Shown: one piece after another, positions 23,292 through 35,754 of the stretch
How the letters are laid out: each line of letters starts with the position of its first letter
How positions within the stretch are numbered: position 1 is the first letter of the stretch
NCBI RefSeq assembly: GCF_001194135.2
Contig: NC_069008.1
Coordinates: 7,699,572-7,743,296, forward strand
DNA from: Octopus bimaculoides
Lineage: Eukaryota
Direction of reading: 5' to 3'
DNA length: 43,725 nt
Notes under the pieces: model-generated
The model's input: only the letters and a program-made list of their open reading frames with translations
Told to the model about the DNA's origin: nothing
Database searches by the model: none
Made by a program: the position numbers and the translations under genes

Positions 23292-23296
23292 CTTAC

Positions 23297-23500
23297 CATA
23301 GCTGTACTTTTAAATATGTTATCAAAATTACATCATAAGGTCTATGTATTTACTGACTACATATACACCTTCACATTGTGTAACATTATGTGTTACAGCA
23401 CAAAATGGTGTGCAGTAATATTCTTCTTTCTCCAGAAATGTCGTTCATCATTGCTTGGTTGTCGCTGTTGTTGCTTTGTCCCCAGATGAGCCCAAGATCT
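23297..23500 (-). other. Conserved upstream block of ZNF gene 2 (candidate 5'-UTR exon)
   Basis: Reverse complement CAACCAAGCAATGATGAACGACATTTCTGGAGAAAGAAGA..ATAATGTTACACAATGTGAA..ATGATGTAATTTT..TTAAAAGTA. Confidence 0.55.
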
Positions 23501-23534
23501 CTAGTGATGATGGAATTGTCGAAACAATTGTTTA

Positions 23535-23745
23535 ACTGGCACTCTGTCGCTTACGATGACAAGGGTTCCAGGTGATCCGATCAACGGAACAGCTTGCTCG
23601 CGAGAGTAATGTGCAAGTGGTTGAGCACTCCACAGACACACGTACCCCTTCACATACTTCTCAGGGAGATTCAGCGTGACACAGTGTGACAAGGCTGGCC
23701 CCTTTGCCAACTGAGTGAACTGGAGCACCGTGAAATAAAGTATTT
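23535..23745 (-). mobile_element. SINE fragment (family D-like 3' part plus core)
   Basis: GGCACTCTGTCGCTTACGATGACAAGGGTTCC matches 12034 and 40303. Confidence 0.75.
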
Positions 23746-24289
23746 TGCTCAATATATATAAATATATACATATATAAATAAATAAATAATTATCAAAACA
23801 GCTTCATCGGGGAGTTTAACTCCCCAATGAAGCTGTTTTACTAAATAGATCGTATTGATTAATCATTTAATTATATAATTATAAATGGAGATGCTCTTGG
23901 TACATCAGTTGAAACATTTGTCAGATATTTCATTTATTAATGTCTATATTTTATAGATCTTATCTTATAGATATAAGAATAAATAAATAATTAATTAACA
24001 TACCACTTTCCATTGTTAACTTTGTTTTATATATATGTGTGTGTGTATGAGTACGTATATGTGCATGCGTGTATATATATATATATATATATATGCACAC
24101 ACACAAGGAGTGTCAGGGAATTTGAGAACACTCATTGGTACAAGCTGTATGTACTAAGGAGAGGCCAATTCCTCTTTGCAAAGACAGAGGAAAACTGTTC
24201 CATTGGTGCCTAGTTTCACTTAATACAGTAAAAATTTCTTACAAACATACCATGCTCTGGTTGGTCTCTGATAAGAAAAACTTAGATTA

Positions 24290-25480
24290 AGGTCAAATGA
24301 CTGAAAGTCTTAACAAGGAGAAATGACAGCACAAATTCTTCTGATGTCCACAGAGATACACATTAAGTTTCTAGCAACAGTGATTGTTTAGTTGTAGTGA
24401 GTAATGAAGGTCATGTCATATCACCTCACATCTTCCCACAGGGTCTTAGAATTAATACTGTGGGATACATCTTGGTGTTGGATGGACGAAGTATGCAGAG
24501 GAATGCTATACATGTTTAACCAATACTCAGTGCCTTCTTACAAAGTCCACATAACCCAAGAGTGGATATCAGACCATCTTTACAATAATTTAACATCAAC
24601 TGTTCGTTGCATATATTAATGACATAGACGCCAACTTGAAAAATGTTACAGCATTGAAATATGCAGATGACATCGAGCTGTCCCTTGAGATAAAAAGAAC
24701 AGATCCTATATGCTAGAGATCTTACCTGCAATCAGACTTGAATGCAATGCAGCAATGGATTACTGACGGGCAACTCAAGCTAGCTGTGGACAAGTGCACC
24801 ACCATGCACTTTGGGAAGAAAAACCCAGCTTTTACATACTCCTTCAACAACACCAAACTTAAGAAGTTTGTTGGTGAACGTGATCTAGGTATTATTGTAA
24901 ACAGCGATCCGCGTTGGACAAACCACATCTCTAAAATTGTCAAGAAGTCTGAGGGTGTCTTAGCATCTCTCAGTAAGACCATTGTCAGCTACCCTCCAGC
25001 TGTCTGTTTAAAACTGTATACGACTATGGTATGTCCAGGGTTTGCATCACCAGTCTGGAAACCCTATCTTGCTCAGCATATCATTCTCCTGGAAACTTCA
25101 GAAACCTGCAAACAAACAGATATCTGATGTCAGGTATCTACCATACTCTGAACGTCTTGCTTCCCTGAGCATGGACATATTAAAGTTTAGACGTCTGGCA
25201 ACTGAGTTGGCAGATATCCACCATCTCTCCAACAACCTTGGGCACTTTTTTGAATTCCAAGTCTAGCTCTCGTGAGTAAGCTTACAAAGTCAGAAAGCAA
25301 CACAGCACTCATGACTTTTGGAAACATTTTTTCACACTCAGGATTGCTGAAGCATGGAATAAACTATCCACATCAGTTGTTAGCTGTCGACACACTCCAT
25401 CCTTCAAAATTTACATGCTTCCTGAAATTCCATAACTGTAGATCTAATGATTCCACTTTTTTTTTGCCGTGCACATGAGC
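24290..25480 (+). mobile_element. Degenerate CR1/L2-group LINE, RT and 3' region
   Basis: AYINDI..LKNV..LKYADDIEL, LQSDLNAMQQW, KCTTMHFG, ERDLGIIVNS..WTNHI and LPYSERL. Confidence 0.88.
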
Positions 25481-27334
25481 ACTGTATATAACAATTTCAT
25501 TATTATTATTATTTAAAAAAAAAATTCTGGCAGTCAAATTTGCCAGACTTAAATCCAATGGACAACTATATTTGGAGCATTGAAAGGGAACCTATACTAT
25601 AGTTTCACTGAAGGTTGCTATTGTCCAGACAATGTCCAAAATAGACATTATCTGGATAATGTAAATTAACCAACTTTAAAAATACGGTCTGTTCACTCAA
25701 TATAAAGAACAGCGCAATCCAGGATTTCTAAAAAGTTGATAATAAATCTAGTACTGTATACTGTTAGACGATGATGGTATATATATATAAAATTAATATA
25801 TACCGCAGTTTGCAATGTTTCGCCAAAATGGAAAATTATAATTGTCACTGGCTGTGACTAGGGTGTTAGAAACACCTAAAGCTTCTAGAGCGATTCTAGT
25901 TTACTTAGATGAAAATATTTTAAGATTATTATTTAAAAATATCCTTACCTTAGAAGTTAAATTTTCACTTAATTAGTAACACAAAATAAAAACAGAATGA
26001 GATTTTAAGATTTATGTAACGGAGAATTTATCCACGGATTGCGGTCCAAAGAATCAACACTGGTCAGCGAAAAGCAAATCACCATTACTACGCATGCGTA
26101 TTTAATATATAACGTATGTAAGGGGAAACAACTCACTTTTTAAATTAAAATTTATGTTATTGTATGTAGTTTTTGTCCTATCACAGACCGTTTTCAAAAC
26201 ACGTGGAGATTTTCTATGTAACAATGTAAACAACAATGTGTTCATAGCCATCGTTAGATATGTATCTGACATTGATTAGTTTATTGAGAGATAATATGGT
26301 TTACTGCTAGTTTTTCCACTGTGTATGGATTTCCTTAGTATGTAGATTGGACACCTTGTGATGGCTCCTTGTTCTTCCACTGGCTGTGCCTGTTTCAGTG
26401 ACAGATGGAATAACGTTTATTGATTCACTGGTTCATGCTGTATTACCACCCTTATTTGACTCTGCTAAGTCTGAGCTATTAAGTGGCGATCTTTCGGCTT
26501 CTGCAAATATTTCAGGGTTGTTTACTTCTATGCAGTTTTGCTGGCCATCAACATCTTCTACCGACTATTTGAGTTAATTTTGCAAATACTCAACCATGAT
26601 CTTGGGTGTCATTCGCATCATTTTCTGACTCTTTAGAGTATGCAGCTCTTTAGTTTAATTTTAGCTTTTGCCATCACATTAGTTAGGGTTGTGAACAGAC
26701 AGGTGAACAAAATTTCAACTAGAGATTAATGATAAGCAATGATAATGGGTAATCTATTTGACGTTCGAAAAATCGAATCTTTTAGTTTCAATTTCATTTC
26801 AGATTAACGTGTTTCGTGAACGCCCTGCTGCTCCTCGTTTCATTGCAAACCCCAACGAAATACTGATAGACCAGCAGATAATCAATGAAAGGCATACGAT
26901 TTCGACACTGATTCGATCTTTGTCAGATTCAGCGACTTGCATTGCTTGGTGTGCCCGTCGTGATTGTTGACGAATTCTCAGGTGCCCAGAGCGAAACTAT
27001 TCAAAATAAAACTAACATTTACCCTCGCTTTTTATCGCTGTTTGCAGTGTGTTCCGCTTTTAATTATGAAATGTTTTATTGAAATAAACTTTCTGGATCA
27101 CTATGGTTTTACGAACGTCAAGTAACAAATTTCCTAATAATGTTCTGGTTCTTTGAGAAGGTATATCAATGACATTACACCCATATCTACTAACCAATCA
27201 CCATAACTTCTATACAGATACTCCGATTCAATTTAAATCACATAGAAACCTTGCTCTACAACAACAAACTTAAAACAGCTTGTACATAATTCACTATCTC
27301 TTCCCCTTCGAGTAACATCAGAGAACATGAAACA

Positions 27335-27710
27335 GCATACTATCACATAATCATTAAGCAGGCACTGGCTCAGTTCTGTGATACTTTTGCTTCCCAACAC
27401 CACCACCACCGCATCCTGGATGTTGCAGTAAATTGGAGGGTCACTGTTTCCGTAGCCGAACAGAACAAAACTCCGAAGTATCGGGACCTGGCAGAGAACT
27501 ATCTCTTCCAGCCTTGAGACGTTTGGAGGGGCTGGGCCGTTAACGGCGAAGTTCTTGTCGTCGTCGGCAGCTCGCTTCAACCGAGGTGTCAGGTGATGCC
27601 CGTGAGGGGGCTTGACTTTTACAACGCTTTAGCCTTGCCATCGCCCGTAGCTATGCCGCGAACATGTTGGCTTGCTTCAGTAGGTTCCATCGAACCTTGT
27701 GATGTGTGAT
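27335..27710 (+). mobile_element. C-terminal restriction-like endonuclease remnant of a CRE-clade non-LTR retrotransposon
   Basis: Manual translation across two frameshifts: IIKQALAQ-FCDTFASQH..VAEQNKTPKYRDLAENYLFQP / ETFGGAGPLTAKFLSSSAAR / EVSGDAREGA*LLQRFSLAIARSYAANML. This matches the CRE-type motifs AE..K..KY, F.P...ET.G..G and QR.S.A..R.NA. Confidence 0.75.
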
Positions 27711-28683
27711 GCTGCATTGATTTTTTTTTTCGTGCAGATTAGCAATATTAATTAAAACCTGGCGTTCTACCACAGTCAATGACATAAACATACCACGTAC
27801 ACAGAAGGCCAAACTAGTAGGAGTTACATTACCACACGCCCACAACATTGACAAAAGACAGCAAAGAAAGGAAAACAAAGCCAATCTATAATATTCTTTA
27901 CAGAAACAGCGCTAGTATTATGACGTCATAATAATAGGGGTGAATCTTTAAATGTTTTGGAATAAAAAATAAAACGACAAAAGTAACTTGGTTTATTGTT
28001 CGTAAGCATTTCTATAAATCTTCTGCCATAGGCAGGTCTGTCGACCATGGTTTGTAATTTAGTTTGGAGAAAAATTACTCTGCAGTTTTGGTTTGAAACT
28101 GGCAAACATTTGTAGTCAACGCCAACTCTCAAAATTAACAACAAAGCACAATATAGATTAACTAATCACATTAACACCATCAGCAACAACACTGGTACAT
28201 TCCAGCTAAAATAATGCACCTATCATTGCAACAGCAAGCAAATGTCTTTATCAGATATTTCTCGAAAATCATCCACCATAAACTACACAAAGAAGAAGGG
28301 AACACTTAAAAAACAAAAATATCTTCTACTAAGACTGTGATTTTCACCCTTTCCTTTCATCAGACAAACGACAGCTTGAGAACCAGAAAAAAATCAGACA
28401 TAAATCACAGAGTTGAAGTGCTGTTTGATTTTTGCTTCACTGTTGACTTCATCATCCCACTTCCATCAGTGAATCACCCCTTCCTTTCTCATTCATATGT
28501 TGTGACAGAGAAATACAAAATGAGTATTATTATAGTAGATAGTACACTAGTTAAACAAACTACATGGCTACCATACAGACAAGAAAGTATTATTTCGAAC
28601 GCAGTATAGCTGTGAAAACAGTAGAAAGTTTGGTTATTTTACTCTTATTTGACAGAAAACATTGTCAGCAGACAGTCATGAGA

Positions 28684-28754
28684 GGGCAATTTAGCTTAAT
28701 GGTAGAGTACTCAGCCAGTAGCTGAGATCTGCAGGTTTGTGTCCCATGGATGTC
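28684..28754 (+). pseudogene. tRNA-like relic (Thr-AGT-like pseudogene or SINE head)
   Basis: A-box TAGCTTAATGGTAGAG; stem CTCAG/CTGAG around loop CCAGTAG; T-loop and acceptor stem are degenerate. Confidence 0.35.
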
Positions 28755-29099
28755 TGCTGACAACTGATTCAGTCATATAAGGATAAAATTCCCAATCATT
28801 CTGCTGTTTTCATGACTATACTGCATTCAAAATATTACTTTCTTGTCTGTATGATACAATACATATTCAACACTTCCAAAAACAAAGAAAGTTTGTTCAC
28901 ATATGTTGTTATATAGCTAACAGTATTTTGTGGAAAAAATTATATTCCTCTGACAAGCGGAAATTTGAATGGCAAACAACATGTAGTGTACATATGTACA
29001 AATCGTTCATTAAAGCCCATATGCACATTTCATGTAGCTTGCAAATTTTCACATTTTACATAGAAAATAAATAATATTTCACATACTTTTTGCTAAAAG

Positions 29100-30510
29100 C
29101 ATAATCATGGATCGATAGAAGAAGTGTGTGGACTATGTTGAAAAATAAACCTCATTTGGTCACATTTCATGAGTGTATTTTGGTCAGCCTATGAAAGATG
29201 GAAGCATTCCCAATCCACCCATTATCACCTCATTGATTACATAATTGTGAGGTCTTCCCTGAGGGAAGATGTCCAAGTAACACATTCTTTCTCCATTGGT
29301 GAGTGTTGGTCTGACCATGGACTGATACAATCAAAGGTCAAATTTGATATCTGCAGTCCTATTCATAACAATTGCACCTCAACCAATTGGAAAAGTGGAT
29401 GTGACAAAGGTGAAGAACAATGACAATTTAACCTCATTTTAAACAACCTGTGACAACAAACTTGCAGACATCTCAGACAACACAAATAATGAATCAGTGT
29501 TGTCTGCTTTAAAAAATGCTGTATTTGAGTCATCTTGTGAAACACTTAGGTCTATTAAGAGAAAGAGTCAAGATTGTTTCAGCTCAAAAGATCCAAACAT
29601 CCTTCTCTTTTGGACAATATGCCATCATTAATGGATGTCAAACAAAAATAATTCCATAAAACGCAAAGAGCTCAAAAAGGCCAGAAATACATGCCAATCT
29701 CAACTGAGGCAAATGAAATAGACATGGTGGTGAAAGAAGGCATAAGAGTTGCAGAATGCTGTGGATAAATGTGACTTCAAGTCATTCTATCAGAATTTTA
29801 AGATGTTTTTGAACCTCCACCTGATGGCTCAATTCTCGTGCTTTCAATTGAGGATAATCTTTTGACAGACAACAAAGAGATCACAAAGTGCAGGGCAGAG
29901 CATTTTTCAAATGTTCTGAATATGGACTCAGTTGTTGAGGAACTGATCAATAACATACCACAGAGGATTGTCCTTGAAGAACTGTCAGTTGCTCCATCAA
30001 ATACTGAAAAAAAAAAAAAAAAAAGGCCATAAAACAGCTCAAGAATGGAAAGCCGTCTGGGAAGGATGGCATACCAGCCAAGATATACAAAAGTGGTTGC
30101 AATCTGCTGCTGAACAAATTACATGAACTCATCTCCTTATTCTGGAAATCAGGATTAATCCAACAGGAGTTTAAAAATGCTTCTATTGTCCATCTTTAGA
30201 AGCACAAAAGCAACAAATGTGAATGTGACAACCATAGAGGTATCTCCCTTCTGTGTGTTACCAAGAACAGCATTGCAAGGGTTATCCTAAACAGATTAAA
30301 TGATGCCCTTTGACAGCTTAGTGTTGCCTGAATCTCAGAATAGATTTTGGTAGAGGCACAGTGGATATAATTTTCAGCCTGAGGCAATTGTAGGAAAAGT
30401 CTCGTAAACACAACTGAGACTTTTTTAACATTTTTGATACCATATTTAGGGATGCTCTTTGGGTTGTCCTTAGAAAGCTAAGTGTTCCAAAACTCCTCAC
30501 CTCATCCTTG
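29100..30510 (+). mobile_element. Degenerate RTE (BovB-like) LINE, APE end to RT start
   Basis: WKHSQSTHYHLIDYIIVR..ECWSDH, KPSGKDGIPAKIYK, EFKNASIVHL and CDNHRGISLL..ARVILNRL. Confidence 0.88.
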
Positions 30511-32279
30511 GAAAAGTTTTTTCACTACATATTTCAATATAATTAGAACATACACCACTCTGAAGCCTCCTATTTATAGATAATTTCATTAAAAAATATC
30601 CATTTTTTGGAAGTTATGAGGCAACACAGCTTGGTGGGTGGGTGGGGGGTACACACCTGTAGGAATGCTGAAGTTTCAAGTTGGTTCCAGCCATTTATGT
30701 TTATATTTCCATTCTTTCAAACCACTTTTGGTCACCACACATTACTACGAGTTAACAGTTAAACATTTGTTCCTTTAGCAACAATTAAAAAGATGTTTAG
30801 TTCAACATCTATTCTGATCACAGTGACAAACTATAATTGTTCAACCTGCTAGAAATAGGAGACAAATCTCAGTTATATTACATCCTTCCTTTGTGAATAA
30901 GGAAATGACACATATACCACTAACTGATGGATGGAGTGGTCATGACTAGAATGCATTTGATTATAGAATGTTTTCTAACTCATTCTAAAAGGCCGTTCTG
31001 TAAATTACTTCTTTCAACTATATAGACTATGACATCACAATTCTCTAAATGAATCTAAAATTTTTTAGTCTCTGTCAATGTTTAAGACACCAACAACGAT
31101 GTTTTATAGTCTCTCTCTCTCTCTCTTGCTCAACTTTATTCTCTGCAACAGAAGTCTGGGGATTCACTTATTTACTCTGTTCCATAGTTTGTATAAAATG
31201 TTCTAGAATAGGCTGTTATCATCTACACCAGTGACACAAGAGCCAGCTATTACCCATCACAATTTATGAGACAATAAAAGTTTCAGGTGACACTGTCACT
31301 TGAAAATTAACATTCAATAAACCATTAAGTTATGAAGGAATGCAATTATATAAATCTTAACAACAGAATCATTCCCATAATGGAATACATATATTAAACT
31401 TTTCACCAATATATACATGACATTTTTAAGAATGTATAAAAAACCCAGAATATACATCTTAAATATATCCTATTATGTTATGATTTGGTTACGCGGATAT
31501 TTTGAAAATACTTCACATAATGACAACTGTGCCCTGCATAGTTATGAGCTGCCCTTTGGCAAGGAAAGCACCCATTCAGTCACCGTCAGGGATACAGCAA
31601 AGTCATGGGACTGTAGCATGGTAGATTGTGAAGAGATAATGGAAGAGTTCCACTCAGCCAACGGTGGTGCTTCTTATATTGATGCTGAGCAGAAGAATGC
31701 AAGCTCTATCAAGAGAGTAACTGCAACACATCTATAAGGGCAGCATCCGTGGTTGTTGAATCAGCTAATGAAGGATTCACTGACTGAAGTTCCCAATTCA
31801 AATTCATAATAATGGAATTGGATTGCGACAGAGCCATGGGAATCTGCTAAAGCAGGAAAAAAAAATGTTATGATGAAATATATTCTCTTATGGTTGTGTA
31901 TATATTGCTAACAATAATGGAATGTGATGTTATCACTGATATACAAAAATATATTTCTCATCTATTTATCCACTCTGTCAAATAACAGTACCTTTTCTTC
32001 TTGCTGGATATAAGTCAAATGAACTACACAGATGAATATTCTGAAAGACTCTTTTTTATTAAAGACATCAGAATGCTTAGCTATGACACCAATATAGAAA
32101 TACTGTTAGAAGGTCATTGTCATACTGTTTTCATTTAATTCTTGTGTGAATACATTTATTGTTATGTAAGGAAACTCTTACAAAGAACGAGAGTTGATAT
32201 TGCTGTAGTTATTCTTCTGTACGAACACATACATGAGAAGTTAACTGTCTGATATTGAGAGAATGATTTACCACAGATA

Positions 32280-33053
32280 TCAGTTACACGGTTTCTCTTC
32301 CGTATGAATATACTTGTGTTTAGTTAAGTGTGCTCTTTGTGAAAATGATTTACCACAGATATCACAAAGATATGGTTTTTCTCCTGAATGAATACGTTGA
32401 TGAGTAGTTAAGTGATGACTTCGTGAGAAGGATCTACCACAGATATCACAATGATATGGTTTCTCTCCAGTATGAACACGTATATGAATTGCTAAGTTAA
32501 ATGTCTGGGAGAAAGCTTTACCACAGATATCACAATGATAAGGTTTTTCTCCTGCATGGACGTATTTATGTTTAGTTAAAATACTTCCATTAGAGAATGA
32601 TTTACCACAGACATTACACTCATATGGCTTCTCTTCAGTATGAATACGTTTGTGAGTAGTTAAGTTACTACTTACATTAAATAATTTACCACAGATATTA
32701 CAGGGAAATGGCTTCTCTCCTGTATGAATGCGTATGTGTACAGCTAAGTGAGTTCCTTCAGAGAAAGATTTACCACAGATGTCACAGTGATATGGTTTCT
32801 CTCCAGTATGAATACGTTTGTGAGTAGTTAATTGATCATTTCGATAGAATGATTTACCACAAATATCACAGTGATAAGACTTCTCTCCTGCATGAATACG
32901 TTTGTGTATAGCAAGGCTGTCTTTTCTAGTGAATGGCTTGTTACAGATATCACAGGGATGTGATTTTTTTCTTTTATCTTTTGCCATTTCATCAAGAAAA
33001 TCATTCCTTTGAGTCTCTGTTTTACAATTTATAATGTTTTCACTTTTTTCCAT
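32280..33053 (-). CDS. C2H2 zinc-finger protein, 257 aa, 8 tandem fingers
   Basis: Intact ORF from an ATG; a ninth, out-of-frame finger follows the TGA. Confidence 0.9.
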   Translation of the reverse strand: MEKSENIINCKTETQRNDFLDEMAKDKRKKSHPCDICNKPFTRKDSLAIHKRIHAGEKSYHCDICGKSFYRNDQLTTHKRIHTGEKPYHCDICGKSFSEGTHLAVHIRIHTGEKPFPCNICGKLFNVSSNLTTHKRIHTEEKPYECNVCGKSFSNGSILTKHKYVHAGEKPYHCDICGKAFSQTFNLAIHIRVHTGEKPYHCDICGRSFSRSHHLTTHQRIHSGEKPYLCDICGKSFSQRAHLTKHKYIHTEEKPCN

Positions 33054-33130
33054 AATTTCTCGTCTCCTATCACAATTTACAGATGTTTTACTTCATCTCA
33101 CATTATATTCCAAACAAATCTTCTGCTATA

Positions 33131-33300
33131 CACCACTCTGTAAGGTGGTTGGTGTTAGGAAAGGCATCCAACCGTAAAAAACCATGTCAAAACAGACAGT
33201 GAAACCTGGTGCAGTCTTCTGGCTTGCTAGAGTCTGTCAAACCATCCAACCTATGCCAGTGTGGAAAACGAACGTTAAATGATAATGAAGGTGATGATGA
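33131..33300 (+). mobile_element. Family A tail inserted in the 5' leader of ZNF gene 3
   Basis: GTGGTTGGTGTTAGGAAAGGCATCC..CGTTAAATGATAATGAAGGTGATGATGA; the leader aligns with the paralogs on both sides. Confidence 0.85.
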
Positions 33301-33580
33301 TTCCACCAACTGCAATCTTAATATCTGAAGATGCAAGAAGTGCTTTTGCATGCCAAATTTAAGTACAAACCCAAATCATCTTGCACACATTTTAGACATG
33401 GAAGTAAAGAAATTTTGCCAATAATCTCTGTGAGAAGAAGTATTTCACAGTATCTTTAAAACAGGTTTATATAACATGGTTATATATGTTCTGTACATCT
33501 TCCTTTAGTCTTTAAAAGATGATGAAAATTGATGATGTATATGAGAAAAATATTCATTAATTCCAATGTTGTCTGGTATT

Positions 33581-33696
33581 CTGAAAAATAAAACATAGAA
33601 AATTTATAAACAATAGACAATACTTAGAAATTGAGATCGATCAATAATCATTTTATAATACTTTTATAATGGTAAAGTATAGATATAAACCTCTAC
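33581..33696 (-). other. Predicted 116-nt 5'-UTR intron of ZNF gene 3
   Basis: Donor CAG|GTAGAG and acceptor TTTTATTTTTCAG lie at the same aligned positions as in the paralogs. Confidence 0.55.
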
Positions 33697-33869
33697 CTGA
33701 ATAATTAAAGTTTACTTTTTAATTTACAGTAATCTCTCGCCATATCGCAGTTCATTATTTAAAATTTAGTCGGCTCCTCCTTGGTGTTTTGCATTTATAA
33801 TAAAACTACCAATGCATCCCGGCGTTGTCCGGGTGTTAAACCCTACAGGCACTTTGTCACAATTATACT

Positions 33870-34250
33870 ATAACACCGGGCTGGCGAAATGCTTAGCGGT
33901 ATTTCGTCTGCCGCTACGTTCTGAGTTCAAATTCCGCCGAGGTCGACTTTGCCTTTCATCCTTTCGGGGTCGATTAAATAAGTACCAGTTACGCACTGGA
34001 ATCGATATAAACGACTTAATCCGTTTGTCTGTCCCCTCTGTGTCTAGCCCCCTGTGGGCAGTAACGAAATAAGAAACGTTAGCATACGGGGCAAAATGCT
34101 TAGCGGCATTTCATCTGTCTTTACGTTCAAATTCCGCTGAGGTCGTTTTTGCCTTTCATCCTTTCGGGGTCGATAAAATAAATACCAATTGAACAATGGG
34201 GTCAATGTAGTTGACCTTTCTGCCCTTGTGCCAAAACTTGAAACTAATAT
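33870..34250 (+). mobile_element. Two tandem SINE copies, family F (Deu/Nin-like core)
   Basis: GGCGAAATGCTTAGCGG..TTCAAATTCCGCCGAGGTCGACTTTGCCTTTCATCCTTTCGGGGTCGAT occurs twice. Confidence 0.8.
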
Positions 34251-35754
34251 GATGTACCATTATAGAATAGTGGACATTAACAGTTTTCTGTGTCCCGATA
34301 CATTGCTTGGATATTTTTCAACTTCAGGCGAATTATGAGTGAGAGCAGTCTTTTGAACGAAGACATGTCAGCCGCGACTATTTCATCTGCCCCTCTCTTA
34401 TATCCAGAACTACAAATACAATATAGCTTTCCAATGTAATTTGAGAGAAAATTGCCTACTACTTCTAGCAGGTCGAGAAACCAGGTAAAGGCTACGGCTA
34501 TGTCTCTTTATTGTTCTTTAAACCCCAGAGCAGACTTATGATCAAAGCTAAGTTGTTTCCAAGAATATTACGAATCCTATGACCATTAATGGAAACGAAA
34601 TACTATATATATTGATAAATGAAGAAAAGATGAGCGAATGAAAACATAAACAACAAAAGACACTGGATGATTCTGTGTTTAGCGTGTCATTTTTACTTTA
34701 TCAAATTTTAGTATCAATTTGTTTGGTGGTTGTGGAAGTTTTCTTTATTTGATGTTGTGCTACTGCCGTCTTCGTTGTCATATAAGTCGTCAAATGTAAT
34801 TTCTATTATTTTTACCAACAAATGAATACCTTTATGGAATCATCTGACCTGTTCGAAATAACATTCCCTGATCCTGCAGAACAACAATACAAAAACGATA
34901 AACAACAACAATAACGACATTTAAAATAAAACAACTTTTGAAAATATATGATGAATATAGAAGGATACCTTGAAAACGTAAATAAACGGTAGAGTAAATT
35001 GGCGGGAGAAAGTGACACATCCGATTGTCACAAATACAAACACACACTCTCTCTCTCTCTCTCTTACACTCTTTCTCTCTCGAAAGCCCATTTCGTTAAG
35101 AAGTAATAATGCGAAAGAAAAAAATATAACTTAAAATTATATAAATATATATGTATATATATATATGTCTATATATATGAATGTATGAGTATTTCTTTTA
35201 CGAATTTATGTCTAAAGATAAGAATCAAGTCAAACGTTGACATCTGAAGCTCCAATTTAAGAACCGATTATTTCTAAAAACACAACACACTGATTCATTT
35301 TTTGTATGGGAATACGGTGAGTAAACAAAGATTTACTTTAAGGTAGTAGTAATGTGTAAATAAGAGAATTAAGTGAAATATTTCGAGGTTACAGTAATTA
35401 TATCCAAGTGAAAACAGGTAGGAACACTGGAATAAGACATTTCCTTGTCTTCTAGACTACTACTTCGAGGATAACTTCCAAATTTAAATATTGATCTATT
35501 GTTATCTAAAACCTAGGATCTTATATTGCATGTAATATAAAGTAAATTTTAGAGTTGCTGGCCTAGTGTTGATATTCAATTTACCATATGGTCTGAAATC
35601 AATCATTAAATAGATTTAAACAATAACAAGACAAATCGTCGGACTAAGGAAGCACCAACAAGTTGGAATTTCTCCGTTTTGATGGGGATTTTTCAGATTT
35701 TGTTTTCGTATTGCCCTAAAAATGCTCTGGACTATCTTTCTAGAATAAAAACTG

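Larger units (their letters stand above)
22039..23296 (-). other. Predicted 5'-UTR intron of ZNF gene 2, filled with SINE and LINE fragments
   Basis: Donor ATG|GTAAGC at 23296 and acceptor CTGTTATTTCAG at 22039. Contains family B (22135-22325, 22795-22950), an RTE 3' end with family A tail (22345-22790) and family E (22953-23291). Confidence 0.6.

Noticed and set aside
27233-27580. 115-aa minus-strand ORF as a novel protein
   Set aside because: It is antisense to the recognisable CRE endonuclease motifs and has no ATG start.
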